A DNA stretch of 60,004 bases, the filler included, from Squatina squatina (lineage: Eukaryota), in assembly GCA_031763465.1 (NCBI GenBank). It is 3 parts of 3 records of this genome, joined end to end, with 100 filler letters (N's around TTAATTAATTAA, not from the genome) between each part and the next. Parts side by side here need not be neighbours in the genome. Positions count along the whole stretch, not along the records: positions 23,386 to 46,331 come from JARFOE010000001.1; 2 more parts are not named here. The stretch is one strand, 5' to 3'. The notes below the pieces were generated by a model that saw nothing but the letters and a program-made list of their open reading frames with translations, was not told the origin of the DNA and made no database searches. Positions 23,957-37,986 of the stretch are shown in pieces. How positions within the stretch are numbered: position 1 is the first letter of the stretch; every line of letters starts with the position of its first letter. A program made the translations under genes and the position numbers.

Positions 23957-26529
23957 NNNNNNNNNNNNNNNNNNNNNNNNNNNNNNNNNNNNNNNNNNNN
24001 NNNNNNNNNNNNNNNNNNNNNNNNNNNNNNNNNNNNNNNNNNNNNNNNNNNNNNNNCATTATGAGCTGGAAATGCACCACCCACCTTATTACTAAAGACC
24101 AAAACCTTGTTGTGCATTTCCCACACTTTAAACAGACGTTAGGCTCTTTGCATATGCAAATAAGGGTCCTAACACTTTGTTTAAGACCCCCACTGCAGGA
24201 TTGGTTTACCCTGATGCAGCCCACACCAGCGTCGGCTGAACCCAGGAAATCCAGGCCTGCAAGTGACCTAGCAGATGGCCCTTAAAGGGGCCACTGCAGG
24301 CCGCAACCAACAAGGTATGTTTTCAAAATATACTTACTTGACTGTGGAGGCAGGAGGAGCAGGAGCATTCCTCCTGACGCCATATTAAAAGAACATGGGC
24401 CGCTTCACCAGTCAGGCGCAGGGATTGGTCTGCCAAATTTCCAGTCCATAATTTTAAATTGGATCAAGCCACCCTAAAGCCAAAGGACATGACTTGAGCC
24501 AAAGCTACCAAAATGTATTTTTTTTGTGAGTATTGTGGTCCAACTTGGATTCATAATTCATGTTGATCTTCATTGCTGGAGGAGATGAAAACAAATCACC
24601 ATGTTCAGAGCAATTAGATTAACTATATAAACTGAAAGACGAAGGTGGGATGAATATACAAGCACAGCAAACGGCAGTTAAAGCATCTTAGATCAGCAAA
24701 TAGCATGCAAATAACATTATTAATACTAGCAGGAGTAAAAATATAAATATAATGTAAACTCATCCAACTGAGGTTGCCCTTCAGCATGAAGAACTAATTA
24801 AGAATCATGACAGGCTGCAGAAATACATCGGCTGTTGAAACAGTTTGCAGCAGATTCTAAAATGAAAAGCTGAATACTACAGATAGTTAAGCTGATAAGC
24901 CAGAAAACAGGCAGTTGCTGCCTGAAGATGACTGGAGTGAAGAATCACAGAAGATAAAACAATGCTGAGACAAAAAAAAACTCTGAGAAGTAGAATACTC
25001 AGTCAGTGAATAAACAGAAGAGATTAGAGATGGTTGGTGAGGTCACTGAATTCCAAACCAGGTATGACCTAGATGTACGAATTTGGGATAACGAGTTGGA
25101 ACTGCCGATAAACACCTGGGTGCTTTATCCTATATTTTATTTGGATCTAAATGTCTTCAAATTATTTACTTCCAATCATAGTTCACCATTAAAAGGCAGC
25201 TCGACCTANNNNNNNNNNNNNNNNNNNNNNNNNNNNNNNNNNNNNNNNNNNNNNNNNNNNNNNNNNNNNNNNNNNNNNNNNNNNNNNNNNNNNNNNNNNN
25301 NNNNNNNNTGTCAAAGATTTGTTTTCCCTCCTGAGTTTGTCTTCCCTCCCCTAATACCAGGTAATTGATACTGAATGTTAAACATACTGGTTTAGATCAG
25401 GCACATGATCTTTCCAAAGAACCATTCTCTTTTTATCGAGCTGGGTAATTTGCACTTTTGAATTCAATTGTGTTTTGGTCTTTTGTGGCAGCTATTTGTA
25501 ATCAAAAGCTGATCACTGGTGAGATTCAAACACCACTGCAGGAGGCCCTTTAACTTGATGCTGGTATGTGCACTCCAGAGGCAGATTACAGGTAAATTGT
25601 CAATCCTCCCCTGGAAAGTTAGCTGCTTGTAAATTTAAAGTAGTTCACTGCAGGTAGATTTCGCAGTGTCTCCAGAAAATCAATTAAGCAACCTCCTCAT
25701 TTGAGGGTGGGTTGACTTAAAATGACTTCACAAATCATTGAAGTTAATAGTTGCAACACCTTAGTAGTCATTCTCTCATTCATTACATCCTTAAGTAGAC
25801 GTCACTCATTTTCTTTAACCAGGAGCAACCAAGCTGATCTCTAATCTAACTGCTTTTCCCATTGAAATGAAAGTGTCACTCACTGTTAAATCCATATATT
25901 GAAGAGAGATGATATGAGGTAGCATGGCAGACTGTCACTTAAAAATAGTCTGTTGAACTAGTCAGTTGCTTCTTTTTTGATTAAGATACAGCTGGAAGCA
26001 GTGCAGACATTACTAACAACTGCAGGTCTATCAGAAAGATGATTCCTCCAATGTATTAAAAAAACTGCTGAAAACCGAGCAGTTAAGTCTATCTGTTGCA
26101 GAGTGGCAACCCACTGTCTGTCCTGTAATGTTGCGGCCTGTGTGAAGAGTATTTTAAAAATGACTGTACAGTTTAGTGAATCATCAACACTGATTATTTT
26201 ATTACAGAATTTATTGCCAATATAATATACACATAATATGGACTCCTGATAAATTTTGAATGATTGCTTATGAATATTATTGATGAAAGCATCCTGCCAA
26301 TCAAATCTTGGACACTAGTTTAAGGGATTTGGTCATTCCTTGCTTTTTAAAATAAACCTCAAAACTTCAAATTACATTTATCACACAACTTATGAATAGA
26401 GGTTGTACAATGTTCAGTGGAAGAAAGTAACTGGGCTGGAAATTGATTGTTGCCCTATTAGGTTGCCCACGGTGTGGGAGCCAGCATTTCTCGCAGCGGC
26501 ACCCACCCCGTCCCACCCCCTGCAGAATT

Positions 26530-26732
26530 CATAGAAACATAGAAAATAGGTGCAGAAGTAGGCCATTCGGCCCTTCGAGCCTGCACCACCATTCAACATG
26601 ATCATGGCTGATCAGTACCCGTACCTGCTTTCTCTCCATACCCCCTGACCCCTTGAGCCATAAGGGCCACATCTAACTCCCTTTTGAATGTAGCCAATGA
26701 ACTGGCCTCAACAGCTTCCTGTGGTAGAGAGT
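26530..26732 (-). mobile_element. CR1 LINE 3' end
   Basis: SLPQEAVEASSLATFKRELD; (CATAGAAA)n tail; 3'UTR similar to 13575-13700. Confidence 0.9.
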
Positions 26733-28029
26733 NNNNNNNNNNNNNNNNNNNNNNNNNNNNNNNNNNNNNNNNNNNNNNNNNNNNNNNNNNNNNNNNNNNN
26801 NNNNNNNNNNNNNNNNNNNNNNNNNNNNNNNNATACTCGTATACAAACCATTCTACTGTCATCTGCTCTAACTGCTGTGGCAGTTACAGAGAGAGAAATG
26901 TAGACTGAATGGCTATGTCTGTGACTTTGTACTATGCCCTGTGACTTTCTGATAATGCAAGCTTGCTCCTGCAATACTGAGACACATTAAAGATGGGTGT
27001 GCTTTTCCACTTCTGTTATTAAAAAATCACAAAGCTTGTGAAGGGGGGATCATTTTGGCACGACTGTATGATGATCATGACATGTATTCATGTCAAATGG
27101 TGCAACTGCTTATTCTGTAACATATGTAATTGAAATATGGATACTAATTGGTGACATTGTGTGACTGCTTTCCTTTCACAAATGCTAAAGAGCCCTTGTG
27201 ATAAAGTACCGGAGGCATGAGGAACAATTACTGGTCTGGTATTTTGTACGTTCAATAGTGGCCATTTTCTGGACAACTACATAAAATAGATTAATATGAT
27301 TTAGGTTTCTATGATAAAGTCCAAATGTTGATGTAATTCAGTAAATTTCAATTCAGATGGCCTGACACTTTAAGAAAAGTGCAACACATGCACAACAGCA
27401 GCACCAACAACAACAACCTTCTCTGATGAGACAATGCTCATTTTCTGAGTATTTGCAATCCCATGAATGTAGAAAGTCAACAGAAGTTTGCATTTGTCCA
27501 TGTTTTGTGGGGAATCAGCAGGTGCGAGCAGTGGTGGGTCAGGTAGGAATGTGTTTTTTTTTCCAGCAGGTCGGGATCCCGTTATGAACCAACCGCCACA
27601 CGCATTTACCAAATATCAGTTCTGTCAGCACTGAGCAGCGGCGGGGAGGCAATTAAAATCATTAGTGGCTTGTTTACAGCTACTTAACAATGCTTCTCTC
27701 CAAGCTTTTTGAATTTGACTAGTCGCCCACTATTTTCCCGCTGTGCGTAGACCTCATCTGTGACGCTGAGGCGGGATGTCAGTGGCCATTGAATCAGCTG
27801 ATGAGTTGACAGCTTCAAATGTCAAGTCAAATCTCCCAGCTGACTGAGAAGTATTCTTATAGTTCCCTTAACCACCAGCTTCTCTAAACTGTATTTCCAC
27901 CACAGATTCGGAATGCTGCGTGTCTTTACNNNNNNNNNNNNNNNNNNNNNNNNNNNNNNNNNNNNNNNNNNNNNNNNNNNNNNNNNNNNNNNNNNNNNNN
28001 NNNNNNNNNNNNNNNNNNNNNNNNNNNNN

Positions 28030-28060
28030 TGTACCTATTTTCTATGTTTCTATGTTTCTA
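28030..28060 (+). mobile_element. CR1 3' tail (TTTCTATG)n
   Basis: CCTATTTTCTATGTTTCTATGTTTCTA, reverse complement of the 26530 tail. Confidence 0.75.
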
Positions 28061-29745
28061 AGCTGTCGATCAGGCCGGCTTTTGGGCAGGAAACCTGGGA
28101 AATAGAAATCACACTCGCCCTGGAATTAAAGCTCTGTGGCATTCAGGGTAACTCCTGGGTTTCCCGTCCACATCTCCCCACCCCACTCCGAAAACGCCGT
28201 CCCAGTAAATATCAGGACCAGTGTCAGTCGTAACAGTTTGTGGGTGAACAGTAAATGCATGAGTAGCAGGATTACTGTCAGGCAGTAATTTCCACTTACT
28301 ACTCCCACTTCTACACAGCAATGATGTGCAATAATAAAAGAGAAGAAATTTAGATCATGGTTAGGGGGCAGAATGATGGAGAAAGTTCAATTGTACAATT
28401 TTCAAGGGCAAAATCAAGTTGAGGTTATTCACTGGGGATGGACAATAGCAGCCTAGAAATATCTAAACTTCTGATTTTGCCCTCCTACCCTGTGAGGGAC
28501 ATTTTCCCTCTCTTTGAGCACTTTCCACCATTGCTAAATCAACAACTTTACAGTGTGGGCATTATGTCTCTGTCGAAAATACCAATCTTAATCTATTTAC
28601 CGATCTTAATCTATTTTTCAATCCACCTGATAACCATTTTTTTTTAAATGTAATTTTCTATCTCTCAGGCAGCATTACTATTTAGTTTTTCAGCGATTGT
28701 AATGCTTCATTTCCTCGGAGTATCGTGCTTCTGATTCCAGGATGGTAAATCTTTGGCATAAAGGGAAAGAAATGAGATAGATGAATGTTATTTAAAGAAA
28801 AAGTAATCACAGCAGTTGTGAAAGTAAGAATATACATGCAGTTTTAATACCTTAAAGCACCCTTTAGCTTCTCTGTTTTTGTAGATGTGTGTTTATTTAT
28901 GTAATTACTTATTTAGCTAATTCTACCATTCCATGTTCTAGCTGTTAACACAAATGTTCTACTCAGTTTGGGTGAAGTTTTTTACATGATCACTATTTAA
29001 AGAGCTGCGTAATTCTTTTAACCTTTCAGATAATCCTCTTAATCTTTTTTCTTTCATTTATTTTCATCTTGTATGCTTTTGATTCTGTGAACCTATCAGT
29101 TTTGTCTGAACTTTTCACCCCGTCTACAGGCTGTGTAGGCACTGAAACATTCCAAGCTGATGGCTGTAATGCCTCACTTCAACATGAGATCACTGACCCA
29201 TCTTCCTATGTGAATTTGTTGCCCATTCACTCTTCTAATTTCCTTTCAGCACCATGGTTGAGGAGACAGGAGGTGCACTTACTACATAGTTTAACAGATG
29301 GATATGTGCCTATTAGCATCAAGAGGCCTGGCTGCGACCTGACAAAACTCATCATTCATGAAGTTCGTGGGTTTAAGTGTCTGTCGCCGTGGAAACTAAT
29401 TTCTAACCTCACTTGTGCAGTGTGAGGATCTTCACTCATTTATGGCTAAAGATGCCACTCAGTATCATAATATTTTAGTTCCTGATCCCAAAATTTACCA
29501 GCAAGCAATGATATTATAACAATTTTATGCAGTTAGGACATTGTTTCCTTGGAGATTGTTGACTAGGACTGTGAGTCATACGTTAAGCTCTATTATTATT
29601 ACAAGCATTTTTCACATTTTTTTGCCAATGGTAATTTTCTTCAGTTCTCCCCTTCGTATAAAATTCAAGATTGCTTGAACCTGCACAAAATCCTCTCTCT
29701 AACAATAGAGGCACCCAGGTCCCACTTTAAGCAGCTTGATTTAGA

Positions 29746-29820
29746 TGCCAGTCATGGCTCAGTGATAGCACTGTCACGTCTGAGTCAGACGGTTGGTGTA
29801 TTAAGACAGGCATAGTAGTG
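29746..29820 (+). mobile_element. SacSINE1-like tRNA-derived head
   Basis: GCCAGTCATGGCTCAGTGATAGCACTGTCACGTCTGAGTCAGACGGTTG resembles the head at 11583. Confidence 0.6.
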
Positions 29821-30392
29821 NNNNNNNNNNNNNNNNNNNNNNNNNNNNNNNNNNNNNNNNNNNNNNNNNNNNNNNNNNNNNNNNNNNNNNNNNNNNNNNN
29901 NNNNNNNNNNNNNNNNNNNNCATTGTATTACATATGAAAAATTAAGGTTGCTCTTGCCTGGGGGCAGGAGGGAATTCCACATAGAAAGCCAGATTTATAA
30001 TGTTTCAATGATTTAACACCATCAGCCCTTAGGAATACATTGTATGATTTGTTCTGAACATTACATGCCGCTTGGAACAGATCCTTATAGAAGATGATTG
30101 TATAACGGTGCTTGACCAATTTTGATAAATGTGATGTTCTTTTGCTCCTTTCTTTGGAATTCTAATCTTCCTTCAGTCTTTTCGGAGAATCCCTACTCTT
30201 TTTTTTTAAAACAAGCATAAATCTGAGATCTGATGATGCTTTAGCTTATATCGTTAGTGATATCTGTCCCTTTGTATAAATGTACATTGGGAAACATTAA
30301 CATGGGAAAGATGTTTCTTTTGGTTTAAAAAAAATACTACTTGGTTCTTAGGAACATGAAAAAAACCACATTAGAATAACTTAAGCATCTTT

Positions 30393-30798
30393 GGGGGCCC
30401 AATTGGCTTTGAAAAAATGGCACTAAACAGGCACTAACATAGCGTTAAACCGCTGGTGACGATTACTCAGGGTTCAGCAGAATTGGTCAGTGATGTGCAG
30501 CAGCATTGCAGAGGTCCTGGAGGAACGTGGCCAGGGGCGTTAGTAGCGGCAACGCACGACGATGGTGATGTCATCACCATGCGCAACGTCGAGTGTGCTC
30601 TACTTCTTTGGAAATTGTCAGCGCCCCAGATGCAAAACGGGGGCGCTGACAACGACTGAAATTTTGAACATTGCCATGATCCTTGCCGGATGCGCTGCCG
30701 TAAAGGCAGCAGCATGACGGCCATTTTGATTTCCCAACTTTTAAATGCAGTAGCGGAGAGCAGAATGCAGCAATTGTACTGAGGGGAACTTGTTGTTG
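30393..30798. mobile_element. CpG-rich MITE-like element with internal palindrome
   Basis: Starts GGGGGCCCAATTGG (related end CCAATTGGGCGCCC near 59841-59854); internal ATGGTGATG-T-CATCACCAT. Confidence 0.55.
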
Positions 30799-31565
30799 NN
30801 NNNNNNNNNNNNNNNNNNNNNNNNNNNNNNNNNNNNNNNNNNNNNNNNNNNNNNNNNNNNNNNNNNNNNNNNNNNNNNNNNNNNNNNNNNNNNNNNNNAG
30901 ATTAAGTGCTATACTGGGAAAGAGCTATTTCAGGGATTGTATAGGATCTTTAGATTTTGGTACCTGTGTCCCAGTTTACTTGTAATACAAGCGAGTCTCT
31001 CAATATTTCAGGTCGGACAGTCACCTTTCCTTTTAATGTATTATAAATACACCGACATATATAGTGAGCTCAACCAGACAAAGATGCGTGTTCAATACCA
31101 GGAGTGCAGTCATCATGAGTTCCATGTAATGGATTAATCAGGAGCTACAATGTATTTTTCATCAACAAATCAATATCGTAATCATTACATCAATTTTTTG
31201 TTTGCTGAACATGCCTTTCTCCCATTCTTTTATATATTCAAAGTTCTATAAATAATTTANNNNNNNNNNAAGTCATGTGTTGTGTTTTGTAGAACTGGTG
31301 TGGTTTATCTGATGGACACAGAATTTCCCATGCAGGCACTACCCAGCCTTTGATTTCAAAGAAAGATAAGATGCTTGCTGAAGTGATATATCTCATGTTT
31401 GTCTGCGGCACAGTAAATAAAAAAACATATTAAGCTTTGTGTTTCTGCTTGTTCAAAAATAGGTAATCAGTCTGTGCCTGCATCAAGCAAGTCACTTCTG
31501 CCCTCTTTATCAAAGCCAATGATTTAATTATATTCCATAAAGATACCAGCTATCAGCAGGAAAAG

Positions 31566-32008
31566 GCTGCCATAGCTGGCATGCTACAAGTTCAGGCTGC
31601 AATTAACTGAACCCATGTAACCATCTGGGCCCATTCAGTGAGCCAGAAGCCTTCATGAACAGGAAAGCCTACCACTCCATCAATGTTCAGCTAGTGAGTG
31701 ATTACTGCAGTGAATCATGCAAATCTGTGCCTGGTTTCCTGACAGCTGTCACAGCACCTGCACACTGTACCATTCCTCCCCTCCCCCACCTCCCCACTCT
31801 TTGACCCAGCTCATCAAGTCAGAGACATGAACCATCTTCTTTACACCTGCACTCGCCCATTGAATGGAGATACAACCTAAGCCATGAAACCACTTCACCT
31901 ACCATAGAGCAAACCATCAGACTGCTCAATCCGAGTTTCCAGTGCTGGACAGGTCTGGATGCTTTCTGTAGTACAGCCCGCAGATCGTGGTTGTCTGCTG
32001 CATTCTGC
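31566..32008 (+). pseudogene. PIF/Harbinger transposase, decayed (stops and frameshifts)
   Basis: AAIAGMLQVQAAIN*THV / FMNRKAYHSINVQLVSD / ICAWFPDSCH / RYNLSH..TIEQTI / IVVVCCIL match the GAIDCTH, NRKGFHSxNVQ and PGSxHD motifs. Confidence 0.9.
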
Positions 32009-32108
32009 NNNNNNNNNNNNNNNNNNNNNNNNNNNNNNNNNNNNNNNNNNNNNNNNNNNNNNNNNNNNNNNNNNNNNNNNNNNNNNNNNNNNNNNNNNNN
32101 NNNNNNNN

Positions 32109-32200
32109 AAAGAGGGTTTCAACAGTAGATGAGCTGAGGCAAGGGCAGAGACAGGCGATGTTACAGAGGTGGAAGTAGGTGGTCTTGGTGGTGGAGCAGG
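32109..32200 (-). mobile_element. L2 LINE RT C-terminal fragment
   Basis: TKTTYFHLCNIACLCPCLSSSTVETL resembles L2 TKxAYFHLRNIARLRP.LS..AETL. Confidence 0.75.
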
Positions 32201-35200
32201 AATCTGCCAGAACAGTTATAGGTTTTCATGGTCAAGATACATTAGCTGGTGAACCACAGAAGACATCACGAGTTTCCATATATTGCAATTGGATAAACTT
32301 TGATTTAACAATTGCTATATTAAGTTAAGTATGGTTGTTCTTTTTCATACGTGCCTTTGAGCACTGTGAAGTATATTACAATCAGTAAATCATTGGCGAT
32401 TAAGGAATCTACTTAACCATGCATAGAAGTTGCCTGATATGCTAAAAATTTATTTAGCGTTGTCTCACCACAGAACATCAGCTCGCTCATTAAATTACAT
32501 GCAGCTTTTTACTTGGGCTTGCTTCATCTAGGGCAGCAGTTAAAATCAAATTCTATGGCTGTCTGGTGAAATTTATTTTATTTACAGAATAGGACGGAGC
32601 ACTGAAACCAGTTATGGCTGTTGTTAGTTTTTAATTTTAGATCTGACAAGATGATGTCAGTAAATTCTATGAATTAAGTGCTTACTGCACTGTGCTCATT
32701 CGCCCTTTAAAGCCCACAGGAACATATCTGGTCGGGACTATCTAAACTGAATGATAAAGATTTCTGCTTCACCATCTTCATCTCATTGCTTGGGGATTAC
32801 TTGCACTCACCTACATTTTCAAATTGTACATTAGTACATCGCTTAAGTACAACCTGGCGGTAAACCATTAACGTATAATGTGTTTGGCAAACCATAAATA
32901 ATAGAAATGTCTAGTGCTTATAAGTTATTTATTCTATAGTTGTCCTGTCAAAGTGGATATAAATATTAACAAAACTACATTCATTTTTAGAGGCTTAAGT
33001 TGAACGTGTTTAGAATGCCTTAAGTCTTACATATTGTAGTGGCATGCTCACAATGGTTTGCTTTTACTTTACATCTGTTGCTAAAAGAGAAATAAGACAG
33101 AGGAAAGAAGGTAGATGGGCAAAAGGAGAAAAAGGGCAGTGGAAATGGTCCTTATGCGTGAAAAATTGCAGAGCACATGTACAAGAGAAAGCCAGCAGCC
33201 AGAGGAAGGGAAAGCTTCCATCAGTCTGAGCTGCTTCTTTACGACCTGCTAGTGGTCTCTGTAGCCAATGGCCAGGTGGGTAGGGGAGTCATCTCGATAA
33301 ATGTGCAGAGAAAATCCTTCCCTATACATCTGTCATTATGCAGGCTTATTCTATTAAGTGGAGGCCAAAATATGAGAACAACATGGGCAGATGTAAGAAT
33401 TTCCTGTAGCGTGCTGAGCATGACATACAGAGGGAGAGGGAGAATGCTCCAAATGTTTTCTGATAATATAGGAGGTTTTAAATAGCCTGAAGCATAAATC
33501 CTATATTTAGATGATTTATTGTGGTTATTTTAATTTCTGGTTGATTATTAAACTGTTTTGACATTAAATTTTCAGCCACATCAGCTTTACTGAAGTAGAA
33601 AGGTTAAAAACAATGACTGTTTTGTGGTTGGAGAAATTTATTTCTCCCCACATGACAATCATTTCAGTAGAAGTCAGGCACTTTGCCAGCAGTTGTGATT
33701 TAACCAACTACGAACATAATTCCTACNNNNNNNNNNNNNNNNNNNNNNNNNNNNNNNNNNNNNNNNNNNNNNNNNNNNNNNNNNNNNNNNNNNNNNNNNN
33801 NNNNNNNNNNNNNNNNNNNNNNNNNNTAGGAGCTTAAAAATATTAAGCCTGATTATCTGAATCTAATGTTAATCAGTCTTGCTTAAGCCTTGAAACAGGA
33901 GTGCCAGATAAATGGTTAGTGAGTAAATGGATAGATGTTATTCTTATCTGCCAATCACTGTCAGTAATGTCATATTCTGAAAAACAAACTGAATAGAAAG
34001 ATCACTTTAAAAGTAAACATGTCTCTTCAATTTCTTCCTTTAAACAACAGGAGGCATTTCTTTTGTTTTCAAGCACTATTTTCATAAGCTGGAATTTTGA
34101 ATTAAAAGAATTAAATTCTAAAATAATTTAAAAGGAAAGCAAGAGCACTTTACACATTTCCATTAACCAAGTTTGCTATCATTTCATCATTGATTGAATT
34201 GACTTTCTGTCATATTTAGAAGGAAAATCTTAGCTGTTGTTATGACAAGAACATCCTGAGACTTTCTAATGAATCCATTGATTATCGAGGTTAAACGGTA
34301 GGACATCACCCTATCTGATGATCTTGAAACATTTACTTTGAACTAATGAACACTCAGCTGTAGCATTAAGGCCAAACCAAGGCCGCTTCTATGCTTTTTG
34401 TTGGTTCATTAGTGATGCAGTTGTAAAGAGATATATTCAAACCTGCAGGGAGAGAGCTCTAATAGATGCATCATGTGCAGTATTATTAAGGCGTATTTAT
34501 GGACAGATGGAATAAGTTACATGTTATGCATATGTATTGCAAAGACTGCAACATATGGGCATTAAGGGAGAAAACTAGACAAGATGTAAAATGAGTTTCC
34601 AGATTAAACGTGTAGAATGGTTCTGGTTCTGGTTCTGATGGGTTGGATATATTTTCTTCTGGGCATTAATTGAGGAAAAGGTGAGATGTGAGTAAAGTGA
34701 TGAAGAAGGGCGCTAACTGAAATATCTCCCATTATAACACCAAGACCCGATTTCACTCACAGCTTAAAACAGGTGCAAGGAAAATAGCAAAATAAAAGGG
34801 GAAAAAATGTTTTATTAAGGCGTGCAAAGGCCAATCCTGAGAAAATCATGCAGTTTAGCCAAGAGAGGGATAGAAACACAAGGGGCTAAACATTTAGGGG
34901 CTATACTCCACCCTTTACCAGNNNNNNNNNNNNNNNNNNNNNNNNNNNNNNNNNNNNNNNNNNNNNNNNNNNNNNNNNNNNNNNNNNNNNNNNNNNNNNN
35001 NNNNNNNNNNNNNNNNNNNNNATTATTTACTGAAAAGTCTTTCTCATTCACTTTTGAAAGCAACAGTTTCCTTCAGCTATTTATTTCAATTATCTTGCAA
35101 GATTATATTAATAAAGTTATCACATTGCAAAAGTAGTCCCACCAGCAAAACAATAACAATGAAGGAGTACTGTGTAATCATTATGAAAGCCCTTTGAGCA

Positions 35201-36252
35201 TCTATTGAGGGAAAAGAGGAACATAGCTGCCTGCATGAAATATAAGCATCCATTCAGAGAAGCAAAGATAATTTATCTTCAAGTCAAAATTTAGAGAAAC
35301 CAGTAGCGTCAATCCAGAAGCCAACAATATTCATTTGGGAAATAGAAAAGCATTGATCAAGGAGCCAGCAACACTACTTCAATGAAGTCAGGAAAATTGA
35401 TCCAATGCCCATCTACATCTCCTGAGTGAAGCCTGGTTATGTTGATCTTGGGAGCTATACTGTCCATCTGGAAAGAATCATCCATTAGGGAGTCAGCAGT
35501 GTACCTCTGAGTAGACTATTAATATCAATTCTGAAATCTGCCCCTCCATCTGTTGAAACCAAGAGTATCAGTCCAAGGTGCTGTAGCATCTGTGTGAAGT
35601 TCAATTGTAGATCAGAAAACCTGTTTTCCACATGGTAAAGCCGGGAAAAATCTGGTTTACTCCCATCTGTAAAAGCCAGGCACTTTGATTGAGGAACAAA
35701 CAACAATCATTGGGGAAACTTGTAGGAAACTGTAATTGAAAGAGCTGTCAGAACTATTACAGTATTATTTTCAAATCTGGCATGTAAGCAGCACTTCATC
35801 TAAATACAGGAGTAGATTTACAGGCACACATAAATACGAAACATTGTATCATATGATAAAAGCTGGGTCATACCGAGTAAAAACTTGTAATAAAGAATTA
35901 GATATCTCAATGTGTTAGATAGCATTAGAGATTGCTGAGAAAAATTAGGTTCTACTCTTCATTATAGATGAATGGGAGGCTGCAATGGATCTTGTCCAGC
36001 TTATCTTGGAATAAATCTCAAAAATGAGATAGTTCATTTATCGCTAGATCAGATGAAGCTGCAAATCTGAAGTAGCAACGCCAAGATCTAAATCACCAAT
36101 CTTAGTATTCGGTTATCTCAATCAAGTCTGGTACTCATCATGTCCCCGTATTCATCAAATGTTGACATTCAGGCCAGGCCTCGGGCTAGACTTTCTGATC
36201 TCTTGGTCAGTGATATGTCTGCTGTTACTGGGCACTCTTTAGAAACTTCAAA

Positions 36253-36594
36253 CGGGTGAAATTCGATACCTCTGAGCACCTCTATATCGCTAGGCATAGG
36301 CGGTATGGAAGTGCAAAACCTTTTTTGGCGTTAACGGGTCGATTAACACCACGCCCAAAATTCGGCTCCCGTTTTGCGGAAGCATTAAAAGGGAACGCCT
36401 CTGCAGCTCGGCGAGGCACCATTCTCGGCGGCGCACAGTGATGGTGAAAGGTACTGTGAACGTCACAATGGGTGCTGTTCTTGCAGTGGACCGTCAACTT
36501 TTGCTCTATCTGAGGGATTACCTCATCAGAAGGAGAAGGTAGAGACAAGAGCAGAGGGAAAGGCTCCAGCAGGCAGATGGCTAGGCGTAGGTGG
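36253..36594. mobile_element. CpG-rich MITE-like element end
   Basis: Starts GGGTGAAATTCG, CpG-rich, runs into a gap. Confidence 0.5.
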
Positions 36595-37004
36595 NNNNNN
36601 NNNNNNNNNNNNNNNNNNNNNNNNNNNNNNNNNNNNNNNNNNNNNNNNNNNNNNNNNNNNNNNNNNNNNNNNNNNNNNNNNNNNNNNNNNNNNNTGTGGC
36701 CACAGATTACTGGTGGTTGTGTGCCACTTCCTCCAATGAGAGAGAAGAGAGGAAGACATAAGTATTGCAGTGAAAGCTAGGCAAGGTTTTTTGTTGCAAC
36801 TGTTTGAGGGGCACGGAACAATAAAGGACAGGTGTGGTGAGTTACCTAGTGCACTGTGAGCACAGGTCCATTTGCAAGTAGCAGGTAAAACAGGGTGGGA
36901 GAATTACTCAGAGGTTCAAACTACAGCCCTGGAGCATCATGAGGGTAATAACGGAGATCCACATATAAAAACACTCTATGGAAGGGTTAAACGGAGCTGA
37001 TGGC

Positions 37005-37266
37005 TTACCTTGGCTGTCTTGGAGTTGTTTTTTTTTACTTCTTCCTGAACTGCAAAGGGGTCCTGTCAATTGCCACCTCCCTCCACAAAGTTCCAATCAC
37101 ATGCTAGCCATATTAATGATCCCTGACCCCAAACAGGCCATCCCTCCTGAAAATTAGAGGAAAGCCCCAGAGAACTAAATCCCCAGGCTCTACAACCAGA
37201 GGCTGCGCTCTGCATTAGGAGCACATCCCTCAAGCTGACTGCTTTTCTTTTGGCTCTTGATGCCAT
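37005..37266 (-). pseudogene. decayed Myb/SANT-like DNA-binding exon (Harbinger accessory gene)
   Basis: Minus strand: MASRAK..RAWGFS.. then LWREVAIDRTPLQFRKK followed by AAG|GTAAGC donor; resembles RAxxFS..WxEVA..RTxxQCRKK. Confidence 0.5.
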
Positions 37267-37851
37267 CTATCATGGTTAGGTTACCTACTTCCTCCAGGGC
37301 TACCATTATCCCTTTAAGCAGCAGCAGGTTTTATGACATCAAGGCAGGCAGAAGTCCCACTCTGCCTCAGTCTGGTAACACAATGGTGCTGTTGGAACTT
37401 TGGGTTGAAAATATTAAGAGTATTAGAATAAATTAACAAAAAAAATTGTATAAATCAGCAAAGTGCAAACATGTGTTTTCATAGTAGTTAGAGAAATGAT
37501 GAGGTACAATAAAAATCTGCTAATGAATCTGTCTAAGAGCCTCTGTTGGATAATAAGTGAGTCAATTAATTTCTCAGCTCAGGGTCTGCATTAATCAAAG
37601 CATCTGCACATACACTACCTTTATGCATAAATGTACTGAATATAATGAAATAATCTATTAATTAGGAAAATAAATAATTTTCACTGATTGAAACAATTGC
37701 AGTTGTATCAACAATAAAATAACAGCTTGTCAATTTACAAAGATTAAAGATTAGAAACTGATATATGTTGTGCCCATTTGTTGGGCATAAAATGGGCGCA
37801 AAATATACAAATTTAGCAATGGAACAACCTACACCCAATGTATCTGTTACA

Positions 37852-37942
37852 TACAGTAAAGCTTCCTCTACACTGTCCCATCAAACACACCCAGGACAGG
37901 CACAGCATGGGTTAGATATAAAGTTCCCTCTACCCTGTCCCA
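37852..37942. repeat. ~1.5 units of a ~65-bp repeat (SINE/LINE-tail related)
   Basis: AAAGCTTCCTCTACACTGTCCCA recurs as AAAGTTCCCTCTACCCTGTCCCA about 60 bp later. Confidence 0.65.
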
Positions 37943-37967
37943 AATAATGTGCCTCAGACTCGATCCA

Positions 37968-37986
37968 GAGTGCCCCCTACTGGCCA
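37968..37986 (-). promoter_or_regulatory. CTCF binding motif
   Basis: Minus strand TGGCCAGTAGGGGGCACTC fully fits CCASYAGRKGGCRS. Confidence 0.65.

Larger units (their letters stand above)
22983..24257. mobile_element. possible Harbinger-type element (TIR-like ends) spanning a scaffold join
   Basis: Left end GGCCGGGATTTTCTGGG vs reverse complement of right end GGCCTGGATTTCCTGGG (15/17); no matching TSD; contains two gaps. Confidence 0.4.

Noticed and set aside
27795-27848. CTGATGA followed by a TTGACA/TGTCAA stem as another hammerhead
   Set aside because: No GAAA directly after the stem and no usable NUH/stem III
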